From NCBI GenBank assembly GCA_010093605.1, contig MU004181.1:2046001-2110000 (forward strand): a stretch of 64,000 bases of DNA, in the 5' to 3' direction. This document shows, one piece after another, positions 11,657 to 25,802 of this stretch. Numbering within the stretch: the first letter of the stretch is position 1; the number at the start of each line of letters is the position of its first letter. The notes beneath the pieces are model-generated. The model saw only the letters and a list, made by a program, of their open reading frames with translations. It searched no databases and was not told where the DNA came from. Both the position numbers and the translations under genes were made by a program. This DNA is from Lophium mytilinum (taxonomy: Eukaryota).

Positions 11657-13744
11657 ATGGCTGGCAAACGAGGGATGCCCACGGAAATCGAAGCTGGCCT
11701 CGTCGAAGACAGTAGCACGATCCGCAAGCCATTGAAGCGCAAGAAGAGCGGATCAGAGCTCGATCCTAGTAAGTGTCCCTTCAGACTCTAGCCTGACATA
11801 GCATTGCTAACGAAAGGCTCGTAGAAGGAAACCATAGGCGCGCCCGAGCCGAGCATCCTCCCTTCCTCGGACACACCTACGAAGCCGAAGGCGATCCTGA
11901 TGACAACTTCGACGAAGGCTCACTTGGTGATATTAGTGAAGCCCGTCATCTTCGACGAGACCAGCTTCAGACAAGTCTGCAGCAAGTAACACGTTCTTAC
12001 ACGCGCTCGGAATCTTTTCGCGCCGAAATCGAGGAGGAGGCGACGACTGTGCGCTCGTCTGGAAAGCAGCTTGTAACCAGTTTGAAGCCAGTGACTCGGT
12101 CTACCCCTACTTTATCCAATGGTATCAAGAAGACAATTAGCGAGTATCTGGCCGACTTTCTCGAGGAGCGAGATTTCACGGCGTCCTTGGAGCTTGGAAG
12201 AGACAGCCGTGTTCATATAACTCTGTCCTTTCCAAGCACGAGTATGAGCACAATCAGCCTGTTGCCACCGAAGGAGAGTACCAACAGTCAAGCTCTAACA
12301 TTCTTGCCACCAGTGGTCTCCACCGAGGTCGATCCTTGTAAAGTTGTTCCCTCAATCAAGGCGTTGACTGTAGAAGATGGTCTTAGACCCTTTGAAACGA
12401 TCGATGCTCCAACGTCTCTGTCCTTTACTACACCATCATCGAGGTCCCCGTTGGGAACCAAGGCACCTATCGCGAAACGTGGTAGAGGCAGACCCAAGAA
12501 GACAGAGGGAAGAAAGCCTGAAGTCTTAGTCGGGAATGCTCTCATTGGAGGCGAGGGGCTGGGACACGATATGGAGCTCTCTGGCAAGCTAATCGAGTCA
12601 CTTGATGAGACCATGTACTCGTACGACGAAGTCGCCAGCGGCTTTGGGAGTGCATTACTTACATACCCGTTACAAGCTACAGACTGGTCCGGGGGCATGC
12701 AAACTACCCTTGCCATGCCCAAGTCGATTTCAACTCCAGCGGCTCCTCTTTCTACGAAGACTTCGCGTACGGACGACGAGCTACTCGATCCTTGGGCGAA
12801 TTTCTCAGTCTTGAAACGCTACCAGATGGAACCGTCAGTCTTCTCGAATAAAGGCCGCTTTCGTCTTCCTTACCAACACCTCACGGAGAAATCTAAAGAG
12901 CTCCCCCAACCAACGAGAATCAGAAAGACACAGAGTAGGGTGCTGAGGAACAGAGACACCAACCAAATGGTTAAGATCGACTTGAGAGTGGTCTTTGTGG
13001 CTGCCGTAGAGGTCCATCCTATGTCGGCGACAAAGCGAATCATCATCGGATTCACGCGGGCAAGTGGCGAAGCACCAGCATATGGGACTCCTGGAATGAC
13101 TAAGCGGGCTGCTATGGCAGTCAAAGCATTCGCTGATCTGGACGGCGATGCAGGCGTGGTCAAAGTCGCTATACAAAGAACCAAAGTGAGCAGCCGTGCC
13201 TCTTTCTTCGATGACTCGCGCAAAGAGAGGACAGATGCCTATATCGTTGAGATGGTCGCTGTTCTCAACGCCGCCAAGAATGGAAGAGAGGTGGTCTTAC
13301 TTTCAGTTGGAGCGGACGGCTTCACGACGAACGTTGACAACTTTGTCTGGCTTGCAGAAACCTGGCCGCTCCTTGAGCTTAATTTGGTGGTTGTCGTACC
13401 CTCTTGGTTCCCCGGTGATAAGGCTGTATTCCGGGAAGCAACTAATGGTATTCGGTATGGGAGATTCTCTATCAAGCACGTTGCGGCAGCCGTCCTTCAA
13501 AAGGACAGGAGTGGCGCGGTCGGCGAATTACTGCGCGTGTGTGAACAGATCAATATGGGCAAAGAACAGTACGTTCCCCTTCTGTTTCTATGTCGTTCCT
13601 GGCTAATGTTACTATTGTAGCTTGGAGAACCGCCCTACCTTGACTACTATGACTTCCCATCGCTCAACCTTTCGAATTCATCCAGACACCGAGGACGACG
13701 ACGGCGTCGGCCCTGAGCTTCGCAAGTCTCGCGCCCGTCACTGA
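11657..13744 (+). CDS. AT-hook protein with a serine-recombinase(resolvase)-like C-terminal domain; exons 11657-11768, 11825-13568, 13621-13744
   Basis: Two GT-AG introns with GCTAAC/GCTAAT branch points keep the frame. KRGRGRPKK AT-hook. IIIGFTRASG...VSSR...VVLLSVGADGFTTN follows the resolvase GYxRVS...SG...DRLxR layout. Confidence 0.6.
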
Positions 13745-15019
13745 ACATACCACCATACTACTTGTCGCAGTTACCCTTGATCTCGATTACATCGAGTGAC
13801 ACGTTGTCCCCTTCATATGGCTTCAAACCGGTTTGAAGCAGAATACTCTCTGTACTCCTTGTGAGTAGCGTTTCAGTATCCCTAACCCCATTCTCGAAGC
13901 TAATCAAGTAACTTGATAGTTCCTTCACGAATCCCATACTGCCACTGCATACTCGTGCGATACTATCTCCATCGCGGAGCGCTCTCTGCGACTCGGCTTT
14001 TCGGAGATCTTATCTTTGCCCTCAAACCGGTTCGTGACAAGATGCGGATGTATTTTCTGTCTCCCTTGACTAATTGCTCATAGACAGGGATGTCTTTTCA
14101 CTTTCGGCGCTTGCGAGGCTTGTGGCGCCTATTTCGTACCCCTCTATTCATTATATCAGAACCTCAACACGACAAATCGACAATTTCAAAGCTTTTCAAA
14201 TCCTCGAATATGCGTTATCTCTCGCGCCCAGCATCCCGGATAGACCAAACGTCCCTCCTTGCTATATTCAACCCTTTTGAGGATATATGCAGCGAGTGAT
14301 GGACTGTCAGGGTGGTCCTACTGAACTTTGTTAAGATAATGTCTTTACAGACTAGTCTGTAGAAAGTAATCACGACTTAGCGTTACACAGCAACATGTAT
14401 CCTGATCAAAATACAATCGTGTCATAAATATGAATGTCGCTTTCAATTCCTCAGGGGTGCACTTATTCACCACTGTTCGCAGCGCCTTTCAAAGCAGTGT
14501 GAGAGATTATGATGTGACCCTGAAGTTTCGACGGCGAGAGTTAGCCCTGGACGAGAAGTAGTTCTTGGAGCTGTTAAAGCTATTGTTTGGGGTGCTTTGG
14601 GCCGTCCTGAGTCATGGAAATGTAACGTTTGATGATTGATGTTCAAATCAGGCTTTGCGGAGTTGAGATAGATGCAAGAACGTGAATCACCTGACTGCTG
14701 ATGTTCTAGGTGAGTTGTCACTTTTCAGGTAGGATTTGGAGCCCCCGGGCACCGTTCTAGTAATCAGGTTTGTGAGCGTGTTCGTTGAATATACTAATGA
14801 TACAGTAAGTAGCTACAGGATGTACCAGCTTCAAACTAGTATCAAGGTCCGAGAGCCAAGAATCGAGCTATGGATTTTGAAGTGCCGGCCGACATCGGCA
14901 TGAGCGCCGAACCGAACATTTAGGATATAGCCCACGCCCCACTAATACGAATATCGCTTTGTCACAGTAAATTGAGTAGGTACTTATAAGAGATAATTTC
15001 TTGGCTCTCCAAAATCATC

Positions 15020-15154
15020 AGCTCAGTGGCGCAGCGGAAGCGCGCCGGGCTCATATACAATATGTGCTACCCGGAGGACTGCGGTAAGTCAGCGTCTAAA
15101 TTTGGAGTTCGAATCCCACTAAGACCATATCAGGATCGAAACCGCACTGAGCTA
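15020..15154 (+). tRNA. Initiator tRNA-Met(CAT) with a canonical intron (15056-15068) and a 50-nt spliceosomal-type intron in the T stem (15084-15133)
   Basis: Spliced form AGCTCAG TG GCGC AGCGGAA GCGC G CCGGG CTCATAA CCCGG AGGAC TGCGG ATCGAAA CCGCA CTGAGCT A = 72 nt, all four stems fully paired. A1-U72, ATCGAAA T loop and GGG/CCC anticodon stem are initiator hallmarks. T tracts follow. Confidence 0.92.
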
Positions 15155-15272
15155 GATCGCATTATACTTTTTGCATTTCTTTTTCTCCCGAGGTGTTTTC
15201 AAGTCCTTTTTTTTCTCATCTTTTTGCTCTCTTGCTTTATTATGACTGGTCTTTTTGACTTCTTCTTGGTTC

Positions 15273-15397
15273 ACTGCGGATCGAAACCGCACTGAGCTAT
15301 TCTAGCATTCTTTTTGCTTTTTAGATGTTCTTTTGGTCTTCTCTAGGCTTGTGGGCGCCCTACGAAGGGTGGCGAGCTATCGAAACCACACTGAGCT
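15273..15397 (+). repeat. Two extra copies of the tRNA-iMet 3' end (15273-15299 intact and intronless; 15379-15397 degenerate)
   Basis: ACTGCGGATCGAAACCGCACTGAGCTA and ATCGAAACCACACTGAGCT, each followed by T-rich sequence. Confidence 0.9.
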
Positions 15398-16683
15398 GAA
15401 TCTCGTCACTCTTCTAGCATTTTCTCTCATTCCAGGGCGCTCCCAACATCCTGGCAGCTTCATCTTTTTGTTTCTGTTGCGTTATTGCTTTATGACTAGC
15501 CCTTGCGAATTTTTTTGTGGGTTCGTAGGCGGGGCATTCCTGAGTGCGGGACCCCCACCATGAATGCCACCACACGCGAACTGACAACTTTAGCATTACA
15601 AAACACTTCGAACATTTTCTTCGAGGGTATTGGAAGAAGTTCGAGCTATAATTATGGTATACGGGAATGGCTTATAGCATCAACTTTTGAAGTGATGTTT
15701 ATAACTTCAATTTCGCTCCCCGGGAGTCATTTGGCACGCAACCTGTACACTGTTCCTTACAGTGTATGTACATCCGCAAGGCCGAACATTCCTCATATTT
15801 TCATATCAACTATCTGAATAGGCCCAAATGTTCATGGCTAGTGTGCAGTTCAGATGAGAATAATCTAAAGTAGCAATTTTCCAGCGCCTAGCTATTTATT
15901 TCTCCACCCTCCAACATCCCTCTTCGGGTATTGGGAGTGCTCGATACGCCGTTAGTCCGTGAATTAACTACGCTCAACATCTGAAAGATCATCCACAAGT
16001 CTACATGCAGGTGCCGCTGTCTGTAGTGGCCTGGTAACCTGATCGATTGTTCAAAAAGGCTCACTTCTGCCTGGATTTGAACTTTGAAAATTCATTGGCG
16101 CACTTCAGACGGTGTCAGACAAGTGTACATATTTATCTCCGAATGTAGGAGAAAGAAGTCGCTCCCAGCTTGAGATTGCGAGTCATCGCGAGTTTTATGA
16201 GGGTTTTAGAGTGCCCAACGCTCTCTGTCCATTCTCTAGATTTGTGCATGCCAAAAATCATTAATCCAATAGCACAATAGCTTCCTGATTTGCATGTGAG
16301 CCATGACGCACAGCCATCAACCCCTCAGGGACCCACAGGGGCAGTTGAAAAACAGATGAGAGCTCAATATTCTCTCCTATAAATAGGTGAATCGACATAG
16401 TATCGTGGCATATGTAAGTAGTGCAAACGATCATTCGCTCTGCCCGAGTTTCGATCTTGGTTCACTCAAAGAAACCGACTCTACGGCGGAGCGCAATCTT
16501 GGAATAGAACCTTGAGGCTAGATCCAGACATGCCAAGCCTGTGTTCAATTCAAGGGTGCGAACACAGCTGGATATATCAGGGTCCAAGATATTTGTAGAA
16601 TACAAATTCGTCCTTTACTGCGATCTAAGTCGTGGTCGTGATGCTCGATTACAGAATTTGGACTTGACACTGGGTTCTCGAGT

Positions 16684-16732
16684 TGACTTACCGCAGCCTT
16701 CCGGGTAGCACATAGCGTATATGAGCCTGGCG
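16684..16732 (-). repeat. Inverted partial copy of tRNA-iMet 15043-15091
   Basis: Reverse complement CGCCAGGCTCATATACGCTATGTGCTACCCGGAAGGCTGCGGTAAGTCA. Confidence 0.9.
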
Positions 16733-17438
16733 ATGTTATGATCAGAGAGGACGTAGAGTAAGAGAGCTACCTGAAAAGCTTTGATACCTAGCCCAACGAG
16801 CTGTTGAAGATGACGAAGTAGCCCTGGGTCGCAGTGACCTTAGAACCTTGGAGCCACCCCACAACCCCTCAGCCGGCAGCCGAGCGCCTCTGGAGCTCGT
16901 CGCCCACCTGTCATCCGTCGCCCATCACCCGCCGTCTGCCTGTCTGTCGCTTCTGCAGTCCATTCTTTGCCTAACCGTAAACTTTCCACCGTGACGATCT
17001 GTCGGAACTTCTCCCCTCGCGCCCTCTCTCTACGACCTCGCGTGCCCAACGAACCAGCCAGCGCACTCCAACACGTCACCCGCGGCAAGACACCCAGTCG
17101 CAGCCAGGACGCAGAGGATATCAGCCTGAAAGAAAAGCTATCTAAGCTGTCGGCGTCCGCCTGGGGCACTTGAGTAGCCGGTAGACTGCTGCCACGACAC
17201 GCTGTGAGCCGCATTCATTACCGCCACAAGCTCCGTCTCGTCTTCACCACCACACCACGCACAACGACTAACTGGCTAGGATTCACATCATAGCCCTGAT
17301 ACCCCCGAAACCTCTGCGCCATCCCGCTCGAGAAAACCAGACGCCTTCCCTGCACATCAGCGCGTTCGCCAGACCGATCTCTTTCCCTCCTTGTCCACTG
17401 CTGCATATCAGCTATCCACTCATCCTCCGGAACTCGCC

Positions 17439-20321
<2,883 letters not shown>

Positions 20322-21095
20322 GTATCGTTTTGAAATCTTCGCGACATGGCGCTGCTGTGTTGCGAAAACACGAAAAACGAACTTGATGAAAGATTTTGGT
20401 GTTAATGACCCGTTTTTTGGCGGATGGTAGGGGTTAAAAATTCAGTGTGCGAAGATGCGGTGCAAGCGGACGACGGCGAAAGGAACGGTAGGTACGAGTG
20501 CGCTCACGAGCTTTCTGATGAGGTTCAATGATGTTAACGAGGATGGTTGAGCGGTCCCAGCAGCTCAGGACAGTGATGATGAAGCGGTGGGATTTCTAGA
20601 GGTTCTGGGGATTCTCTGGACGGTTGGTTGGGCTGGGATGCGCTGTTTTGGGGGCGACGACTAACGGTTTTCATCATGGGTGTTAGGGGGGAGGCGGGTT
20701 TGTTCGAGTATTAAGGGTCAAAAGGGCACCACTCGGGTGCTTTCAATCACGGTTGGGAGGGTATTCGGCGGTCTTTTGGAGGGCGGGCGGTTTACCCATC
20801 GTGCGAGGGATTTTCTCTTCACTCTGTTGATGAGACCGTTGCGGACGGCTGGCGGGTAATGCATTACGAGCGAGACGAGTTTGATTTAGATGAATTCTCC
20901 AAATACCTCTGGAATTCTCAATTTGAAGATGTACTAACATCATAGACATACATGACGACTGATTTTGGGGTGTAGCAGTATATATATCCCCTGACAGCAA
21001 CGCCTGGTCATACCCAACCTGCTGCTGATATAATCCTACAATATGGCAACCAAAACCTCAACCTTCATCCGTTTCCATACTTTCAGCCCAACCCC

Positions 21096-22959
21096 TCACA
21101 GCTTCGGCCGCCTCTGCAGGTACACCCTTACAGAAATAGCAACTAGCACCTGTCAGTCTCACCCTACACCCCCAACGAATCAGTAAAAGGTAAACTTACG
21201 AATCAGCGCCGCCAGCCCCAACCCCGATTTACCTGTCACACCCCCCACCAGCCACTGCAGCCACCCGATGCGCTTGCCCTGGCGGTCGAAATTCGGCTTG
21301 CGCGCATTCATCGTCATGAACCGCTTCTGCTTCGCGAGCGAGTACGGCGGGTATCGGATGTCCAGCATGCGCTCCATCCAGCCGGGCGTGGTGGTGATGC
21401 TACGGCGGTGCGTGAAGGCTTCGAAGGAGGCGCGGCCGTGGTATGCGCCGGTGCCGGAGCCGCCCACGCCGCCGAAGGGGAGGGTGGGGATTGAGACGTG
21501 GAAGCAGCCGTCGTTGACGCCGGCGCCGCCGGAGCGGACTTGGGAGAGGACTGGGTGGGGTTGCGTTAGGGGTGATTGAAAGAGAGTGGGGGAAAGGGAA
21601 CAATACGAACCTTTTTCTGTTTCTTTGCTGTTGCCGAAAGGGTAGATGGCTAAGGGGGTGCCGTCGATTTCGTTCGCGATCTGAATCGCCTCGTCGAGGT
21701 CGCTGACCGCGAAGACGGGGATGAGGGGGCCGAAGCTCTCGTCTACGACCAGGCTGTCTGTTAGGCTGTCCACCTGCACGACTGTGGGCTCTAGGAATAG
21801 GTCTGCTTCGGACATGGTCCCGCCGAGGAGTATCTTTCCTGAGGTCTCATCGAGCATCTTCTTTAGGCGTGCGAACTGTCTTGTGTTCACGATCTTGCCG
21901 TAGTCTGGGGAGGTTTGGGCGCCATTGGGGTAGAAATCTTTCAGCGCGATCTTGATTTCTCTGATGAAAGCTGGGAGGATCTCTTTGTCGATCAGGATGT
22001 AGTTTTGTGAGACGCAGACCTGGCCGGCGTTGAGAATCTTGTTCCATAGTAGTCGTCTCGCGGCAAGTCTGTTGTCTTAGGTCAATTCCTGTGATTCAAG
22101 CAAATCGCTCTTGTTGCATTTACCTAGGGTCTGCGTTCTTTGAAATTATAGCTGGATTCTTCCCACCAAGCTCGAGCGCCACTGGTGTCAGTGTCTCAGC
22201 AGCCTTTTTCGCAATTATGGTGCCGACATTCGCAGAGCCGGTGTAGAATACCTTGTCCCATCTTTGATCGAGCAAGGCCGTTGTTTCTGGAACAGCACCC
22301 TGGATGACTGTGTAGGCCGTCGGGTCGAGGTATTCCGCAATGACCTTTTGCATGACAGCAGCAGCATTAGGCGCAGCTTCGGAGGGTTTCAGCACAGCGG
22401 TACATCCGGCAGAGATAGCTCCTATCAGAGGTCCGAGGGAGAGTTGAATGGGGAAGTTATAGGCTCTATTGCGTGGTATCCATGTCAGTTCGCAGTCCTC
22501 CGCATCCGATTTTGAAGGAGTTGTCCATACCCAATGACCAGCACCGTCCCAAGTGGGTCTTTCCTAATCTTGGGACCAAACAACTTATTGGACAGCGAAA
22601 CATCCTCAGCCGGCTCGTCCTTTGCAAACTTCTCTAGGTTGTCTGCGAGGTATATGATGTCGTTCATTACCATGCCAAGCTCGGTAAGGTGGGTTTCAAA
22701 GCTCGACTTTCCAATGTCGCGTTTGCACGCTTCGACGATGATGTCCTGGTTATCGTGCAAGCTATATAGAAGCTCTGTTAGTCTGAGTCTTTATGCGGTA
22801 GATTCAATTGATCACTGACCCCCAGTACAGCTTGCGTAGCTGTACGCGACGGTACTCGAGCGGTCTGCTCTTATGCGTTCGGAAAGCTGCTCGGATGCCA
22901 TTGACGATAGCTGGAATGTCCTCCAGGGGGGTGTGTTCGAAGGGGGGTAGGGTCGCCAT
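21096..22959 (-). CDS. Class-3/fatty aldehyde dehydrogenase (HFD1-like), multi-intron, probable C-terminus -PKL
   Basis: KPSE, FYTGS, LELGGKNP, NAGQVC, ESFGP and PFGGVGGSGTGAYHG motifs. Confidence 0.93.
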
Positions 22960-23485
22960 AGTGGTCAGGCCTGGGTGTTGAACGTTTACGAAGTGGGGGA
23001 GGATTGAAGTTCAAACAGCGCAATGAAGAGCGCAGGACGTTTAGAGCACGATATCAATAGGAAAAGAAGCCATGGATAAGTGCAGTCGCGTTCGGGATGG
23101 CCGGTGCGGGCGAGTCTCAGCTCCAAACCTCGGCCGCAGATGCCCCTTGTAGACCCCGCAATTAAGATACTGACAGGTGCATCGCACGCTTGCCCGCCTT
23201 GGCATCAAGATCTAACGGTTCATTAATCACATGTGAGACATGTGCAGAACGTATAGACATCAAATGAAAGGCTGGACGAATACTTGGGTATTTCACCAAG
23301 GATGTAAATTAGAGGCGCCAGGTATATGCGAACTTGCACCGTTCAATCAGAAAAGATACTAAAGGAGAGGCCTCGCTGTCAGGGTATATTGCACCGCAAG
23401 CTATCAATTTAACCAATCATCTGCACGGACCCAACGGCTATACATGAAGTACTTCGGACAGAGGATTGCCCCGGCGGACAAGCCC

Positions 23486-24745
23486 CTAAGCATCGGCTCC
23501 TGGAGTTCTCACGGCGTCATCCCAGAAATATTGGAAGTATTGTATGGGAGACGTCACTTGGTAGTCACGCCCGTACTCGACAATCCTCTCTTTCAGTCCC
23601 TTCCCGTCCAATCTCGCGACAGGCTTGCCATCCTTTTTGAAAAGAACGATCGTCTCATCCTGGTAGAGATTGTCCAAGACTAGGGACTCCAAGTCTAACG
23701 TTGCTGGAACTGACTCCAAGAATGAGCTCCATCTCCCGGAGACAAGGACTGCATTGCGTAATGTAAGATGCTTGAGAGTTCGATGAGATGCTTTCAGAAA
23801 CCGCAAGAGACTTTGCTCCTTTGCCAAAATAAGACCGAGGGTGCATTTTTCGAGGTACGGCAATCGAACCATCTTGCCTACATCCTCGAAGACATCTTCT
23901 TCCCGTGACGAATAGACGTGGCAGGAGAGGTCCAGCTCTCGAAGCGAAGGCGTCCGCGAAAGCAGTCGAGCGACGTTAGGAGTCTTCTCCAGACCCGGCG
24001 TCCACCCTCTCGCCGGGCTCATCCAGTCCCGTAAGTCGATCTTAAGCACTCGTAAGTTGGCAAGCGCGTGCCCAAGATTCGAATACTGCCAAGCCCTAAA
24101 CCTCATCTTCCCAATAGTTACAAAGCCGTATCGATGCTCTTTCGATACCGTGATTTCGTCAACAGTCAATCCGCTAAAAGCAATAGCGCTCATGGTCGTC
24201 ATAAAGGGCCTGGACATTTCAGTCTGACAGCGACGCATGTGATACATGGCATCCTGCGGTTCCATACTGTCGAGAGCATCGTAGCTGAAGGTAATAGTGC
24301 GGAGATGTCGAATGATTAGAAATGCAAGGCTCAGCAATTTGCGATCCGCCCCGCTGGTGAAGGATTCCAGAATCGTGGGTTTCTCTTTTTCTAGGAGATC
24401 GCGCTCCTTCTCTAGGAGATATCGTAGGCCAGTATCTATATATGCTGCACGGATCTTGTTTCCAATCGCAGTAATTTGTTTCTCGAAGGCTGGAGTGGCG
24501 TTGATAAACAGATGGCTGAGCGCTGGTCCAAGCTGAGGATGCCGCGCGACTTCGATCAGGCCCTTTAAACTTTCTGAAGTCAAGTTGATGTGTTTGCGGC
24601 GGAAGAAGCGGTCCTTGAAGGGATGTTGAATCTGGTCCCGAATCGATCGGCATGCAAGGCGTAGGTTCTTGACATCTGGTAAGGGTAGAGTGTATGCAAT
24701 GTTCTCGACGAGCTCCGTTGGGAGTCTTATCAGTTGAGATGTCAT
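23486..24745 (-). CDS. F-box protein with LRR-like C-terminus
   Basis: N-terminal LIRLPTELVENIAYTLPLPDVKNLRLACR; LxxLxL repeats. Confidence 0.85.
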   Translation of the reverse strand: MTSQLIRLPTELVENIAYTLPLPDVKNLRLACRSIRDQIQHPFKDRFFRRKHINLTSESLKGLIEVARHPQLGPALSHLFINATPAFEKQITAIGNKIRAAYIDTGLRYLLEKERDLLEKEKPTILESFTSGADRKLLSLAFLIIRHLRTITFSYDALDSMEPQDAMYHMRRCQTEMSRPFMTTMSAIAFSGLTVDEITVSKEHRYGFVTIGKMRFRAWQYSNLGHALANLRVLKIDLRDWMSPARGWTPGLEKTPNVARLLSRTPSLRELDLSCHVYSSREEDVFEDVGKMVRLPYLEKCTLGLILAKEQSLLRFLKASHRTLKHLTLRNAVLVSGRWSSFLESVPATLDLESLVLDNLYQDETIVLFKKDGKPVARLDGKGLKERIVEYGRDYQVTSPIQYFQYFWDDAVRTPGADA

Positions 24746-24909
24746 TGCGCTATGTCAGCAAGAAGTGTGAAGATAGGTTGCCAATGTTTCACAAAAAGCT
24801 GAAGGCTGGAGTTGAACCATTTCCACCGGCTCATTTACCGTCCACTTCCGTTTACCACACTAACCGCCTTAGTCGACGAAGGCACGTGTCAATAAGAAAG
24901 CCTCCTATC

Positions 24910-25141
24910 CACGCGGGGCATGAAAAAGGTGGCACACTCAACCCGCATTTGCCTCTTATACACTTGTCTGCCGCTGTTTGGGGTACTTCAATACATCTTT
25001 TAAACGGTAGAAGAGATAGAACCTCTTAGTTTTGGGCTATCTGAAAACCTGCTGAAGCACTCCAGCAGTGGCAGACAGGTGTACACACGACCGCAAAAGA
25101 TAGATCCTGATGAGTGTGCCACTTTTTATATGCCTAGCGTG
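24910..25141. repeat. Nested inverted-repeat (fold-back/MITE-like) element; relatives at ~38536-38710 and ~40711-40893
   Basis: Outer arms GCATGAAAAAGGTGGCACACTCA / TGAGTGTGCCACTTTTTATATGC; inner arms TACACTTGTCTGCCGCTG / CAGTGGCAGACAGGTGTA. Confidence 0.85.
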
Positions 25142-25802
25142 CTATCCTCGATGCAGTGCTTCTTCTGACTGCACTTCCAATATACCGATGACGCTCGATT
25201 TAATCTGCTCCGACGAGCAACAAGCAGACACTCGAAGTAATGGCAAGGGCGCGAGACTTCGCCGAGAGATGGCCGCATCCTGGTTCAAGAACAACAAAGT
25301 AGCCAGTCAAGGGCATTCTGCCCTGCTGATCTCACTCCTAGCTTCTCCGGATTACTTACAGCTGCGCCCTACAGCATTTTCGGTATTGCGAGTCTTCCTT
25401 GCGCAGTAGGTGGCTTTAGTCAGCGATGCAAAGCCATTGGACCATTGTCAGACATGAGGATTAGAAACCTCGGGAATAAACTATGGCATCATCGCCACCA
25501 ATCCGCAAACGTGAGGGGAACGTCAACGACGTCGTTTGATGACCAAAGTCGTTAATTTCTAATCCAAACACCACATATATAACCAGCGCAAACAGCTCGG
25601 TATTTAAACATCATCTATCAAGTCTCTAGCATCAGCCTCTTCACTTCATCTACCGCATTACTAGATTCCATTGTCCACAATCATCTCTCACAGCTCAAGT
25701 CACATCAATCTCACAACGTTTTCGAGAACTACACTGAAAGCTCTTCCAAAGCTTCATCCTCTGCATCCCCATATATCCAAACCAACCCTCTTCAAATCCA
25801 CA

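Noticed and set aside
14690..14815. Cluster of splice-like signals suggesting another split ncRNA
   Set aside because: No recognisable RNA or ORF could be assembled from the putative exons.
15020..15127. tRNA folding without splicing, using GGAGTTCGAATCCC as the T arm
   Set aside because: The following bases (ACTAAGA) cannot pair with the 5' acceptor strand AGCTCAG; only the spliced form closes all stems.
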